DNA of 64,000 nt. Source: an uncultured Bacteroidales bacterium. Lineage in GTDB: Bacteria; Bacteroidota; Bacteroidia; Bacteroidales; UBA932. The stretch is taken from assembly GCA_947253655.1 (NCBI GenBank), contig CAMYAE010000005.1, forward strand, positions 5,078 through 69,077, read 5' to 3'. The notes beneath the pieces were generated by a model, which did no database searches, had not been told where the DNA came from, and saw only the letters and a program-made list of their open reading frames with translations. Made by a program: the position numbers and the translations under genes. Shown in pieces: positions 1 through 8,982 of this stretch (its first letter is position 1; each line of letters begins with the position of its first letter).

Positions 1-2806
1 TAGTGAGCGATTTCTCCATATTTGAGGCATCAAAAAAAGGCTTCATGGATTCGTCAAATAGAATGTATGTCGTTTGAGGCTTATTCCTTGTTCTGCACAA
101 TCTGCCAATAGCCTGTTCCACTGTTGTTTGTGCCCATGCCGCTTTATCCTTGATGATTCCGGGATTCCGCTTCTCGCCAAACATGAAATTGTTGGACAAT
201 GCATAACAGAGCCACTGTGCGACATCTGATTTGGAAAGACATCCTCTTTCATACAGCATCATCAGTATTAGCATGGCATTGTAAAGGCTTTTTTCAAATG
301 TCGCCTCATTGCCGTCTTCATTCATCATTAGGTATGCCGTAGGAGACTGTAAATAGATGGCATCCCAGTCCTTTTTTAGCTTTTCTCCTTCATTTATCCA
401 GTTGTCGCCGCTTGTATATTCAAGACCTTCTGGTATATCATACTGCATGTTGGCTCCCGCCTTGAAGCTTCCATAGGCTGAAATCAGCATCAGTTTTGCA
501 TCTTTGTCCCGGCTTAGTTCTGACAGGATGTTGGATTCCACGTCTTCCCAGTCTTTGGAAATACGGATATGGGCATTGTCCCAACTTGATGGGATTTCGT
601 CTTCCAAAGGACAATCCATGTCCTTGAAAGTTCCGTCTATCAGGCAGCTAAGGACGTTAATCTGATCCTTGTCCTTATCTCCCGTACGGTTTTGGAAGAA
701 GATCATGCTATGGATGTCTTTGTGTGTGAAGAACCAATGATATGCTTCAATAAACTGGAAAAGCCTGTATAGTTGGAACATTATGTCATCAATATTCTTG
801 GCAGTCTTTTTCAGTCCTTTGTATGTGATACTGAACCAGTTGTCTACTAGTCCTTCTTCCAAAGCCTCATTAGAGAACAAATTCTTGTATTTGTCGGGCA
901 AAGCGATGGCATTCTCTCTCTTATCGTCATATTCATACTTCTCCAGAGGTACAACTTCAATATGGTGTGCTGAGGGATATGTTCGGGCGACAAGGCTGTC
1001 AAAAGTCTCACGATCTTCTTTGGAAAGCACATGAACTTTCTCTCCAAGTGTTTGCTTTAAGTACTTGATATCACAATTACTTACTACAGACCAGCACGAG
1101 GCTGTCGCTGAACATAGGACAACAGAGGTTCCGTCAGTGTTAAGGAGATCGATCAGTATCTTTTCCGGAGTTGTTGCAATCTCCCTGCATGATAGTCTGA
1201 CCCTGTGCTGGTTGTCGCGCTCGTCAATTTCTTCTTGGTAGAGTTGCACCCCTTGGGAATAGACCGAGAAATCGGGCAGTTTAATTTTGCTGCCGCCATC
1301 AGATACAAACAGATTCTTTCTGTTTGTCATGAATTCGTTAATCTGCTGTTCAAAATGATATTCCGAAGTGGTTTCAAAACGAGAGAATAAAGTATGTATC
1401 TCCCGTTCCAATGTAGGGTAGCCAAGATAATGATTTGTCGTGGAGGTATTGGCTGCGACTTCTTTTTCCTCGGCCTCGAATTGTTCCCGACTTTGCTTAA
1501 GGGATTCAGATATGACCTTTCTGAGCTGTGACTTTATAGACGTGGTGTTAGCGATGATTAGAGAGAGAAACCTGTCTAACGGAATTCCCCCTGAATATTC
1601 TTTCATCAGCAGATTGCCGTCCTTAGAGTGAACAAGGCTGAAATGACGGTCGTTATTCTTATGGCAGATATACGAGTTGGTATTGTCTCCCTTTGGGGAT
1701 ATATTCAATTTCAGAGCAGGGCCGGAAAAGAATACTCCTTTTCTGTATGTCTCCAATTCTTCTTTATTGCGTAAGAAGATATTCCTATAAGGAATAATAC
1801 TGCCTACGACTTTTTCCCAGTTTGTCTTTATGATTTCTTTGGCTTTGTTAAGGCTTCTCTCCAACAAATCACCGTAATAATCATTGGCGATTTGTTCCGG
1901 GTTATCAATCAAATCCTTATATTGCAGATAACCATTATACCCCTTTGCAAATCTCTTGCTACCTCCCGCATTTTCAATTGATTGGTCGATGATTGCCGTG
2001 CGCATGGCGACTGCTGCCTGGTCGGACTCGTCAAAGATAATAAGTGTCTTTTTGTTCTTCTCCGCAATATCTTGGAGATATATTCTCTCCGAAAGAATAG
2101 GGTCAATGCCGTACATCGCTTTATGAACGGTCATTAGGAGCACTTTTTTCCGTCTGAAATCAACCTGGGGATAAACCTTTACAAGAGACTGGAACCTGCT
2201 TAAAATTGTTTCGAGAGAGACTTTCTTCACTTGTCTTGTTTTTTCGAGGTGTCTTTTATAGGTGTCGAAGAATCCACGGACAGCCCTGCGAAGTCTGGCT
2301 TCACTCTCGTTGATTTGACTGAGGATGTAGTCGTTCTTGCCACTTTCGTCAAGAGTCTTGATTAATCCTGCCAATCCCTCATATATCTTCTTGACGTCAT
2401 TGTAACTGTATTGTATCTCATTGACCTTGTAATCCGCATCCTTCTGTTTCCCGACTTGGTAGAACATCTCTTCTAAAAGCCTTTCGAACAAACCGTTCTT
2501 GACTGCATGAGAGATAACTTCGGGATTGTTCTCTATTACAAGCTTGTCAGATGAGGATATAAGACTGCTTTCAGTGTTGACGAAACGGTCAATTTCCCGA
2601 TTCATGCTGTCCACCAGTTTATTCTGGACGCAGAGGATAACAATGCGGTCAAACTTTTCAGGGTAGTATTCGCAGGTCAGCTTGCCGATTGTATATGACT
2701 TTCCGCCACCTGTTGCAATATCGCAGATGTGTAGGCCAGGCATCGAATACCCCTTGAAGATATTTTCAACGTGCCTGCTTAGTTGCTCTTTATATGTAAT
2801 ATCCAT
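1..2806 (-). CDS. Large SF2 helicase-like / ResIII-like P-loop ATPase, N-terminal ~935 aa. The C-terminus lies beyond the window start. It is absent from the ORF track because there is no in-window stop.
   Basis: Manual minus-strand translation from ATG at 2806 stays open to position 1: MDITYKEQLSRHVENIFKGYSMPGLHICDIATGGGKSYTIGKL... Walker A-like A-T-G-G-G-K-S at about aa 30, DExD-like IIFDESDQ at about aa 200, and a SAT-like LCSATAS motif about 370 aa further downstream. The track shows no competing complete ORF in this frame. Confidence 0.6.
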   Translation of the reverse strand, partial: MDITYKEQLSRHVENIFKGYSMPGLHICDIATGGGKSYTIGKLTCEYYPEKFDRIVILCVQNKLVDSMNREIDRFVNTESSLISSSDKLVIENNPEVISHAVKNGLFERLLEEMFYQVGKQKDADYKVNEIQYSYNDVKKIYEGLAGLIKTLDESGKNDYILSQINESEARLRRAVRGFFDTYKRHLEKTRQVKKVSLETILSRFQSLVKVYPQVDFRRKKVLLMTVHKAMYGIDPILSERIYLQDIAEKNKKTLIIFDESDQAAVAMRTAIIDQSIENAGGSKRFAKGYNGYLQYKDLIDNPEQIANDYYGDLLERSLNKAKEIIKTNWEKVVGSIIPYRNIFLRNKEELETYRKGVFFSGPALKLNISPKGDNTNSYICHKNNDRHFSLVHSKDGNLLMKEYSGGIPLDRFLSLIIANTTSIKSQLRKVISESLKQSREQFEAEEKEVAANTSTTNHYLGYPTLEREIHTLFSRFETTSEYHFEQQINEFMTNRKNLFVSDGGSKIKLPDFSVYSQGVQLYQEEIDERDNQHRVRLSCREIATTPEKILIDLLNTDGTSVVLCSATASCWSVVSNCDIKYLKQTLGEKVHVLSKEDRETFDSLVARTYPSAHHIEVVPLEKYEYDDKRENAIALPDKYKNLFSNEALEEGLVDNWFSITYKGLKKTAKNIDDIMFQLYRLFQFIEAYHWFFTHKDIHSMIFFQNRTGDKDKDQINVLSCLIDGTFKDMDCPLEDEIPSSWDNAHIRISKDWEDVESNILSELSRDKDAKLMLISAYGSFKAGANMQYDIPEGLEYTSGDNWINEGEKLKKDWDAIYLQSPTAYLMMNEDGNEATFEKSLYNAMLILMMLYERGCLSKSDVAQWLCYALSNNFMFGEKRNPGIIKDKAAWAQTTVEQAIGRLCRTRNKPQTTYILFDESMKPFFDASNMEKSLT

Positions 2807-3183
2807 CTTTTATTAGATGTTGTTTGTGTATGAAGTTAAATTCGTCTTGTCTCAAATCATGGAACATGCCCGATATTTCTCAAATACTTCTATTATTAAT
2901 GAGTAAATATGACATAAAGTTAGCAATAAACCGTCATGAATGCGGACATAAACATTTAAAAGATATAAAATATTAATAGTTGTACTTATTTATTATTAAT
3001 AATCAAGGAAAAAACGTTAATTTTATACAATACGCAATATTTTAGTAATGAAGCAGACATTGACAGACTGAAAGTCGTTCTCGCTGAGCAGAGGCGAACG
3101 GACAGGAGGTGCACGCATATTGCACAGCCCGTTCTTTATTACCGGCTTCGGAGAGAAGATAGAACTGACAAAACAGGATTAGT

Positions 3184-4140
3184 ATGACTGTACCGGCAAA
3201 ATTCAAAGAGTATATCTGGCTTGTGAACACGATTCGCAAGGCTCGTAGGATTACATTCGCAGAAATCCAGGAAAAATGGTTGGACACAGACATGAGCGAA
3301 GGCGCAGAACTTGCCCGCTCTACCTTTGCCCGTCATAAGGATGCCATAGAGGACATCTTCGGCATCTATATAGACTGCGACCGTCAGAATGGCTATGAAT
3401 ACTATATAGGTAATGACTACGTTTTGAGAGAGGATAGTGTTCAGAACTGGATGTTGTCAACACTCTCCGTGAACAATGTTATCAGTGAATCTCTTTCTCT
3501 CCAAGACAGAATTTTGTTGCAAGAGGTTCCATACGAGGGCGAATATCTGAAACTGGTCATTGATGCCATGAAGAAGGGTGTCCGTGTTGCTGTTGATTAC
3601 AGAAAATATGGAACTGACAGGCCCAATCATCTTGACTTTGAGCCATATTGTATCAAAATGTTCAAGCAACGCTGGTATGTTCTCGGCCATTTCCATCGTG
3701 ATGCTACGGAGGAGAAGCCTGAGTCTGATTACTTTGGTTTGTTCTCTTTCGACCGTATCCAGAATATGACACTTACAGATATCAAGTTCCAAATAGATCC
3801 GGATTTTGATGCACAGTCATATTTCGACGAGTGTTATGGAGTTCTTGTCGGTGACGGAACGAAATCCGAGCGTATTGTCGTCCGTGCATATGGTTATGAA
3901 AGGTATTATATCAGGGATTTGCCTATCCACAAATCCCAACGTGAGATTGGCCAAGGTGAGAACTTCGCCGACTTTGAATTGTATATGCGTCCTACGGTTG
4001 ATTTGAGCGGCCATCTGTTAAGCCGTGGCAATCAGATTAAAGTCTTGTCACCGCAGTGGCTGGCTGATGAGCTCCGTGACATGCACTTGGAGGCCGCACT
4101 CATGTATGGTCGTGAAGAAAATGAGCAGGAACAAGAATAA
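3184..4140 (+). CDS. WYL-domain transcriptional regulator (wHTH-WYL-WCX, BrxR/CapW-like defence-island regulator)
   Basis: N-terminal wHTH (ITFAEIQEKW...), central WYL signature QRWYVLGHF, length 318 aa. Divergently transcribed from the large ATPase gene across a 377-bp AT-rich spacer. Confidence 0.7.
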   Translation: MTVPAKFKEYIWLVNTIRKARRITFAEIQEKWLDTDMSEGAELARSTFARHKDAIEDIFGIYIDCDRQNGYEYYIGNDYVLREDSVQNWMLSTLSVNNVISESLSLQDRILLQEVPYEGEYLKLVIDAMKKGVRVAVDYRKYGTDRPNHLDFEPYCIKMFKQRWYVLGHFHRDATEEKPESDYFGLFSFDRIQNMTLTDIKFQIDPDFDAQSYFDECYGVLVGDGTKSERIVVRAYGYERYYIRDLPIHKSQREIGQGENFADFELYMRPTVDLSGHLLSRGNQIKVLSPQWLADELRDMHLEAALMYGREENEQEQE

Positions 4141-4216
4141 TTTTTTGAGCCTGTCCCTCGTATTGAGACAATGTCAAGGTAATTTTACCTCCAAATAACA
4201 TTAACGTGCAGGTAAT

Positions 4217-4438
4217 ATGGACAAGAGTAAGGTAATACATTTAGAAAAAGCAAACACCCTGTCGAACTTCCTGACTAAGGAAGAGCGTGAGAACATTGTT
4301 TCTTTGAAAATTACCGGTTTCATGGGGGCTGATGATTTCTATGGTGTACTTGATGATATGTGTGACTCTTATGGCCAGTTTGATGAAAATGATGACTTGC
4401 CTGGAAATAAAAGTCTCGGAAATTCCACCGAATGTTAA
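4217..4438 (+). CDS. Small hypothetical ORF (73 aa) in gap between WYL regulator and SAH gene
   Basis: ORF track only; no recognisable motif; could be a gene fragment. Confidence 0.2.
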   Translation: MDKSKVIHLEKANTLSNFLTKEERENIVSLKITGFMGADDFYGVLDDMCDSYGQFDENDDLPGNKSLGNSTEC

Positions 4439-4610
4439 TGTGTTGCATTATTCAGCTCTTGATAGTCGGGATTTAGAACAGCTAATACTGCATTATGGCC
4501 TGGGGGAATTTGCTGATTATTAAGAGATGATGGTTATAAAAAGAATATGACAATGGGATGGGATGTAGTACAAATAGGATTAAGGCATAATTTGCCGGTC
4601 CACGATCCTT

Positions 4611-4835
4611 TTGCAACCGCAAAAGAAGTTGCAAGCAGATAACCTGAAAGAGTATGCCCGTTCTTTCCAATATCTTAAAGATACAAGTTGGGTCGAGGAG
4701 AATAAAAAAGAGGAATGGAAAAAGAATGCAAAACATATTAAGTTCCCCTCATATTTTCAAAATCAAATTGACCTGTCAAATGAAGATTTCGTAGAAGTTA
4801 TATTCGATGATTTCAGCGATATTGAAAAGTCATGA
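4611..4835 (+). CDS. Small hypothetical ORF (74 aa), K/E-rich
   Basis: ORF track only; no recognisable motif. Confidence 0.2.
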   Translation: MQPQKKLQADNLKEYARSFQYLKDTSWVEENKKEEWKKNAKHIKFPSYFQNQIDLSNEDFVEVIFDDFSDIEKS

Positions 4836-4966
4836 ACAGAGTATTGTGAAGATATTAAAAATAAATATCTTACCATCTACAAATAGAAAGGTTGGAAAGC
4901 GATAGAGGAATTATGTAAAAGAGATCGTTTGGCTTCCCTGTAAGGATAATATAAACTAAAATAAAT

Positions 4967-5494
4967 ATGAAAATAGGCAATGAGTATATCTCCTTGGAGA
5001 TAACATGCAAGCGGTCAACTGACTCTGATCCAATAAGTCAGGATACCGTAGAGAAATGTATCAAGATTGCTATGGCAGCCCATGAAGGACAGAGAGATAG
5101 AGATGGGAATGCCGTCATCCTTCATCCATTGTTAGTAGGCTCTATGGGGGAGACTGATGCAGAAAAGTGTGTCGGCTTTCTCCATGATGTGGTTGAAGAT
5201 ACTGACTGGACTTTTGACGACCTAAGAAACGAGGATGTCCCAGAAGAAGTTATCAAAGCATTAGAGTTATGTACGCACAAGGATGACCGGAATTATTATG
5301 ATTATGTGCAGAATATCATTGACTCTGGAAACATTACCGCTATTAATGTAAAACGAAATGATCTTTGCCACAACATTGCCAGAGGTAAGGCGTTCGGTTA
5401 CCCGGATTTGGTGGCAAAACATGAGAAAGCATTACAGATGATTGAAGGTTATTTGAAAAATAAAGATTCTTTTTACTGTTGTACCACGAAATGA
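4967..5494 (+). CDS. HD-domain (p)ppGpp hydrolase-like protein (small alarmone hydrolase / Mesh1-like, RelA-SpoT HD family)
   Basis: AMAAHEGQRDRDGNAVILHPLLVG ... FLHDVVEDT matches the RelA/SpoT hydrolase HD signature. 175 aa with no synthetase domain. Confidence 0.7.
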   Translation: MKIGNEYISLEITCKRSTDSDPISQDTVEKCIKIAMAAHEGQRDRDGNAVILHPLLVGSMGETDAEKCVGFLHDVVEDTDWTFDDLRNEDVPEEVIKALELCTHKDDRNYYDYVQNIIDSGNITAINVKRNDLCHNIARGKAFGYPDLVAKHEKALQMIEGYLKNKDSFYCCTTK

Positions 5495-5524
5495 GACAAC
5501 ATGTCTGTATCTTTCCATAAGTAA

Positions 5525-5914
5525 TTGAAGTCAAACCCTCAAAAAGGATTAGTTATGAAGGCAAAGAAGTTATTTTTCAAAGAGTGTCATCTCGCCGGTC
5601 GACAGTATCATGATGTGGATGAGGTTTGGGAAGATTTGCATGTGGGAACCTGTTTGGAATTACAGCGTGACTTTGACAACAGATATGACATGAATGCCGT
5701 TGCAGTAGTTTACAACACGATTGACGAAGATACAGGCAAGTCGGAGGAATACCTGCTTGGCTATATCCCCTGTGATGAGAATGAGACAATCGCTCAACTT
5801 CTTGAAATGGGGTGGAAGAATATCTTTGAGTGTCGCATTAGCAAAATAAACCCTGACGCACACTATGAGAATCAGATCCGTCTGACCATACGAATTGTCA
5901 GGAATGATAAGTAG
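5525..5914 (+). CDS. HIRAN-domain protein (stand-alone, 129 aa)
   Basis: LELQRDFDNRYDMNAVAVVYN....LGYIPCDENETIAQLLEMG fits the HIRAN core (L.REP.N.YD.NAI.V ... GYlP). Starts 30 bp after the SAH gene. Confidence 0.65.
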   Translation: MKSNPQKGLVMKAKKLFFKECHLAGRQYHDVDEVWEDLHVGTCLELQRDFDNRYDMNAVAVVYNTIDEDTGKSEEYLLGYIPCDENETIAQLLEMGWKNIFECRISKINPDAHYENQIRLTIRIVRNDK

Positions 5915-6314
5915 TATAATAGGACTATGAGGCGTAACAGTGCAAGCTGGGAGTACAGTGAACTGAAATGACAGCTACTAAGGATAAGTAGAAATACTTT
6001 CGCCATGAATGTCAGTTAAATGCATATTATAACGGTCATTAAAGTTAAGTCGTGGAGTCATATCCTTTTCCTTTTGGCGAGCAGAATAGTTCTTTGATAT
6101 GAGTGTATGAGTAAAAATCTGCCTCTATATTACGAATATCATATTGCTTGTAGAGAGGTGTATATAGCACATACAAACAAAATTATGACATTTAGTCTTT
6201 GGAGTTTCTGCTTAAAAGGGTTATGTGCAGAGTTAATTATTCAATGATGTACATTTTCTATATACAACACATCATTAAATAAATAAAAAGTCTTATCTTT
6301 GCATATTATATGAT

Positions 6315-6644
6315 ATGTTGACTATGGCGAAGAATACAATGGCTACTAAGTTGCCTCGGAAATTGGAGCAGAAGATGCAGATTGTAGGCGAGCAGATTAA
6401 GTTGGCTCGCTTGCGTAGAAATTTGAGTGTGGCTCAGGTGGCAGAACGGGCTACCTGTTCGCCGCTTACTGTGTCTCGTATTGAAAAAGGTATTCCTACT
6501 GTCGCGATAGGAATCTATTTGCGTGTATTGTATGCTTTGCAGCTCGAAGATGATATTTTATTGCTTGCCAAAGAAGATGAAATGGGTAGGGCGTTACAGG
6601 ATTTGAGTTTGAAAACAAGAGAACGAGCATCAAAAAAAGAATAG
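6315..6644 (+). CDS. hipB: XRE-family HTH regulator, HipB-like antitoxin component
   Basis: HTH_3 pattern IKLARLRRNLSVAQVAERATCSPLTVSRIEKG. Immediately upstream of HipA-homologous ORFs, 3-bp spacing. Confidence 0.7.
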   Translation: MLTMAKNTMATKLPRKLEQKMQIVGEQIKLARLRRNLSVAQVAERATCSPLTVSRIEKGIPTVAIGIYLRVLYALQLEDDILLLAKEDEMGRALQDLSLKTRERASKKE

Positions 6645-6647
6645 GCT

Positions 6648-6932
6648 ATGAGAGGGTTGTATGTATATGCCGATTTCGATTGGCTCAAAGAAGTGGAACT
6701 CATAGGCGAATTGGGCTATGAGTCTCTTCGAGGTGCAGACAGCTATAGCTTTACGTTCAATAATGAATGGTTAGGACAACACGGTGATCTGTTTTTGAGT
6801 GATGATTTGAACAATTATCCGGGACAGCAATACACACAGCCTGACAAGGACATATTCGGATGCTTTTCCGATGCCTTGCCGGATCGTTGGGGACGTACTT
6901 TGTTGTTAAGACGAGAACAAATCGCGGCATAG
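6648..6932 (+). CDS. hipS: HipS-like protein (HipA N-terminal subdomain as separate 94-aa ORF)
   Basis: HipA N-terminal couple_hipA-like sequence (...FSDALPDRWGRTLLLRRE). Ends at TAG, in the same frame as the downstream kinase ORF. Confidence 0.6.
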   Translation: MRGLYVYADFDWLKEVELIGELGYESLRGADSYSFTFNNEWLGQHGDLFLSDDLNNYPGQQYTQPDKDIFGCFSDALPDRWGRTLLLRREQIAA

Positions 6933-6956
6933 GAAGAAAATAGGCCGGTACGGAGA

Positions 6957-7931
6957 TTGTCGTCTTTCGATTTCTTAACCGGTATCGATGATTTCTTTCG
7001 GATGGGCGGGTTCCGTTTCAAGGAAGACCCTGATGACAAATTTATCAATGTAAGTGAATCACTGAAAATCCCCCCTCTGACAGATATCCGGGAGTTGATT
7101 GTTGCCAGTGCAGAGATTGAGAAAAGCGAAGAAAACAATATGCTCCCTGACAGGAAATGGATTGCACAGCTTGTGCAACCCGGAACATCATTGGGCGGTG
7201 CAAGACCTAAAGCAAATGTGATAGATGTAGATAAGACTCTTTATGTAGCCAAGTTCCCGTCTCGTCAGGATGATTATGATGTAGGACTTTGGGAGCATTT
7301 CAGCCACGTACTATCTATAAAAGCAGGAATAAATGCAGCTAAAACCAAAGTGCTGGCGGCAGGAGAAAAATATCATACACTGCTATCGCAACGCTTCGAC
7401 AGAACTCAAGAAGGAAAACTTATTCATTTTGCATCTGCTATGACCCTATTGGGGTTGAGTGATGGAGATAATGCAGCAAGTGGGCATGGCTATTTGGACA
7501 TTGTTGATTTTATAATTCGGAACTGCACAGATGTCGAGAAAAATCTGCAGGAACTCTACCGCCGTGTAGCCTTCAATATCTGTATAGGCAATAGTGACGA
7601 CCATTTCCGGAATCATGGTTTTCTTTTAAAGGCAAAGGGATGGACATTGTCTCCTGCATACGACATGAATCCCACTCTTAATGAGTATCAAAGCCTGCTA
7701 ATCTCTTCTACTTCCAACAAGGCAGATTTAAGTATCTTATTGGATGCTTGTGAGGAGTATATGCTCAACAGGAATAAGGCAGAGAAAATTGTATCAGAGG
7801 TGGTTGAAGCAGTGAAAGGATGGCGAGAATTGGCAACGCGATTAGGAATCTCCAAGAGAGAAATGGATATGTTTGCCGGAGTGTTGGATAGACGATATGA
7901 TAGTATGTTTAATTTCTCAATTCAAATTTGA
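6957..7931 (+). CDS. hipT: HipT-like Ser/Thr kinase (HipA C-terminal kinase core)
   Basis: HipA_C motifs: GTSLGGARPKANV, VAKFPSRQDDYDVGLWEHFSHVLSIKAG, NSDDHFRNHGFLL, LSPAYDMNP. Confidence 0.7.
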   Translation: MSSFDFLTGIDDFFRMGGFRFKEDPDDKFINVSESLKIPPLTDIRELIVASAEIEKSEENNMLPDRKWIAQLVQPGTSLGGARPKANVIDVDKTLYVAKFPSRQDDYDVGLWEHFSHVLSIKAGINAAKTKVLAAGEKYHTLLSQRFDRTQEGKLIHFASAMTLLGLSDGDNAASGHGYLDIVDFIIRNCTDVEKNLQELYRRVAFNICIGNSDDHFRNHGFLLKAKGWTLSPAYDMNPTLNEYQSLLISSTSNKADLSILLDACEEYMLNRNKAEKIVSEVVEAVKGWRELATRLGISKREMDMFAGVLDRRYDSMFNFSIQI

Positions 7932-8118
7932 CAAGGAGGAAATAACTATGAGTAGGGGATGTATTGATAGGAGCATATACGCAATGCGTGAGATTGCTGA
8001 TACTATTTAGCATGATATTGCGGGGGTTTTACAACCAAAGCCGGAGAAAGTTCAAGAGGACTATTGGACTATTTACGAGAAAGATTGCTTTGGCTCATAT
8101 CATTGTTATAAGGACTAC

Positions 8119-8337
8119 ATGATTTTTGTGAACTATGAAGATGCAGAATCTCTTCTTCTAAGAGATAAAACCATTGTCAAGGCAGAACAAAAATTCACAG
8201 ATCGACGATTCTTTGATGATGGGGTGATTTTCCAATCGAAAAAGCGATATAGGTCCGACACTCCTTATGGTGAACAAATGTCAGTATTACACGCAATCCA
8301 TCATTGTCATTATGACCATTATCCCTATGAAGCTTAA
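8119..8337 (+). CDS. Hypothetical small ORF. The same frame continues for 47 more codons after a TAA (8338-8480).
   Basis: ORF track only. His/Tyr-rich C-terminus. Possible remnant. Confidence 0.15.
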   Translation: MIFVNYEDAESLLLRDKTIVKAEQKFTDRRFFDDGVIFQSKKRYRSDTPYGEQMSVLHAIHHCHYDHYPYEA

Positions 8338-8555
8338 GTATTGGAACAGTCAGAAGTGACTATAGATGCAAAGAAGGAGGCATATCGGCAAATTCGTATT
8401 GCAGAGATATACGCTGAGCGAGTTGATTGGACGATGAGTGGCGATGATAGCGAAGATTGCTTCCGTGAACGAATCAAGTAAGATAGATATTCCGGCGGAT
8501 AGTCGGCCACCGATTCCGGTGATACTCGGCCACCTGAGTTAGATTTGCAAAGATA

Positions 8556-8960
8556 TCAATATTTCTTTCTCATGCTATCTCCCTTAAGCTCGAAGCGTAG
8601 TGATTTGTGTACGATTCTGTCCAGACAGGCCTCTGCAAGCATCTCGCTGCTGAAGACTCCGTACCAGTCGGCGACTGCCAGCTGGCTGGACAGGATCAGC
8701 GATTTTCTGTGATACCTGTCATCGATGATCTGCTCGAAGTCGTTCTGCTGCTGCCTTTCGAGACACTTCATCCCGAAGTCATCTATTATGAGCAGGTCCG
8801 GGGATATTGACCGAATACTTGTTCTCCTGCAACTCCTGGCACTGCTCAAGGCTCTCGTTTTCAAAATTGAAACGGCCTTTCAATGATCCCTCTTTGAGGA
8901 ACTTGGATATGTTGTCAAGGGCAATGTGTACAAGTATTACACCGATTATTGAGGCAAGCA
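8556..8960 (-). pseudogene. istB: IS21-family IstB helper ATPase, C-terminal fragment (frameshifted; N-terminal part including Walker A missing)
   Basis: ...PDLLIIDDFGMKCLERQQQNDFEQIIDDRYHRKSLILSSQL...DRIVHKSLRFELKGDSMRKK matches the IstB C-terminus. Upstream part readable only in a second frame. Truncated where the IS256-like copy begins. Confidence 0.6.
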
Positions 8961-8982
8961 TATAAAGCCAGATGTTCAATCG

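Noticed and set aside
6930-6932. In-frame TAG between hipS and hipT as evidence of stop-codon reassignment
   Set aside because: TAG terminates hipB (6642-6644), the kinase (13923-13925) and other intact genes, and there is no hint of a Pyl/Sec system. A nonsense split or a genuine two-gene arrangement is more parsimonious.
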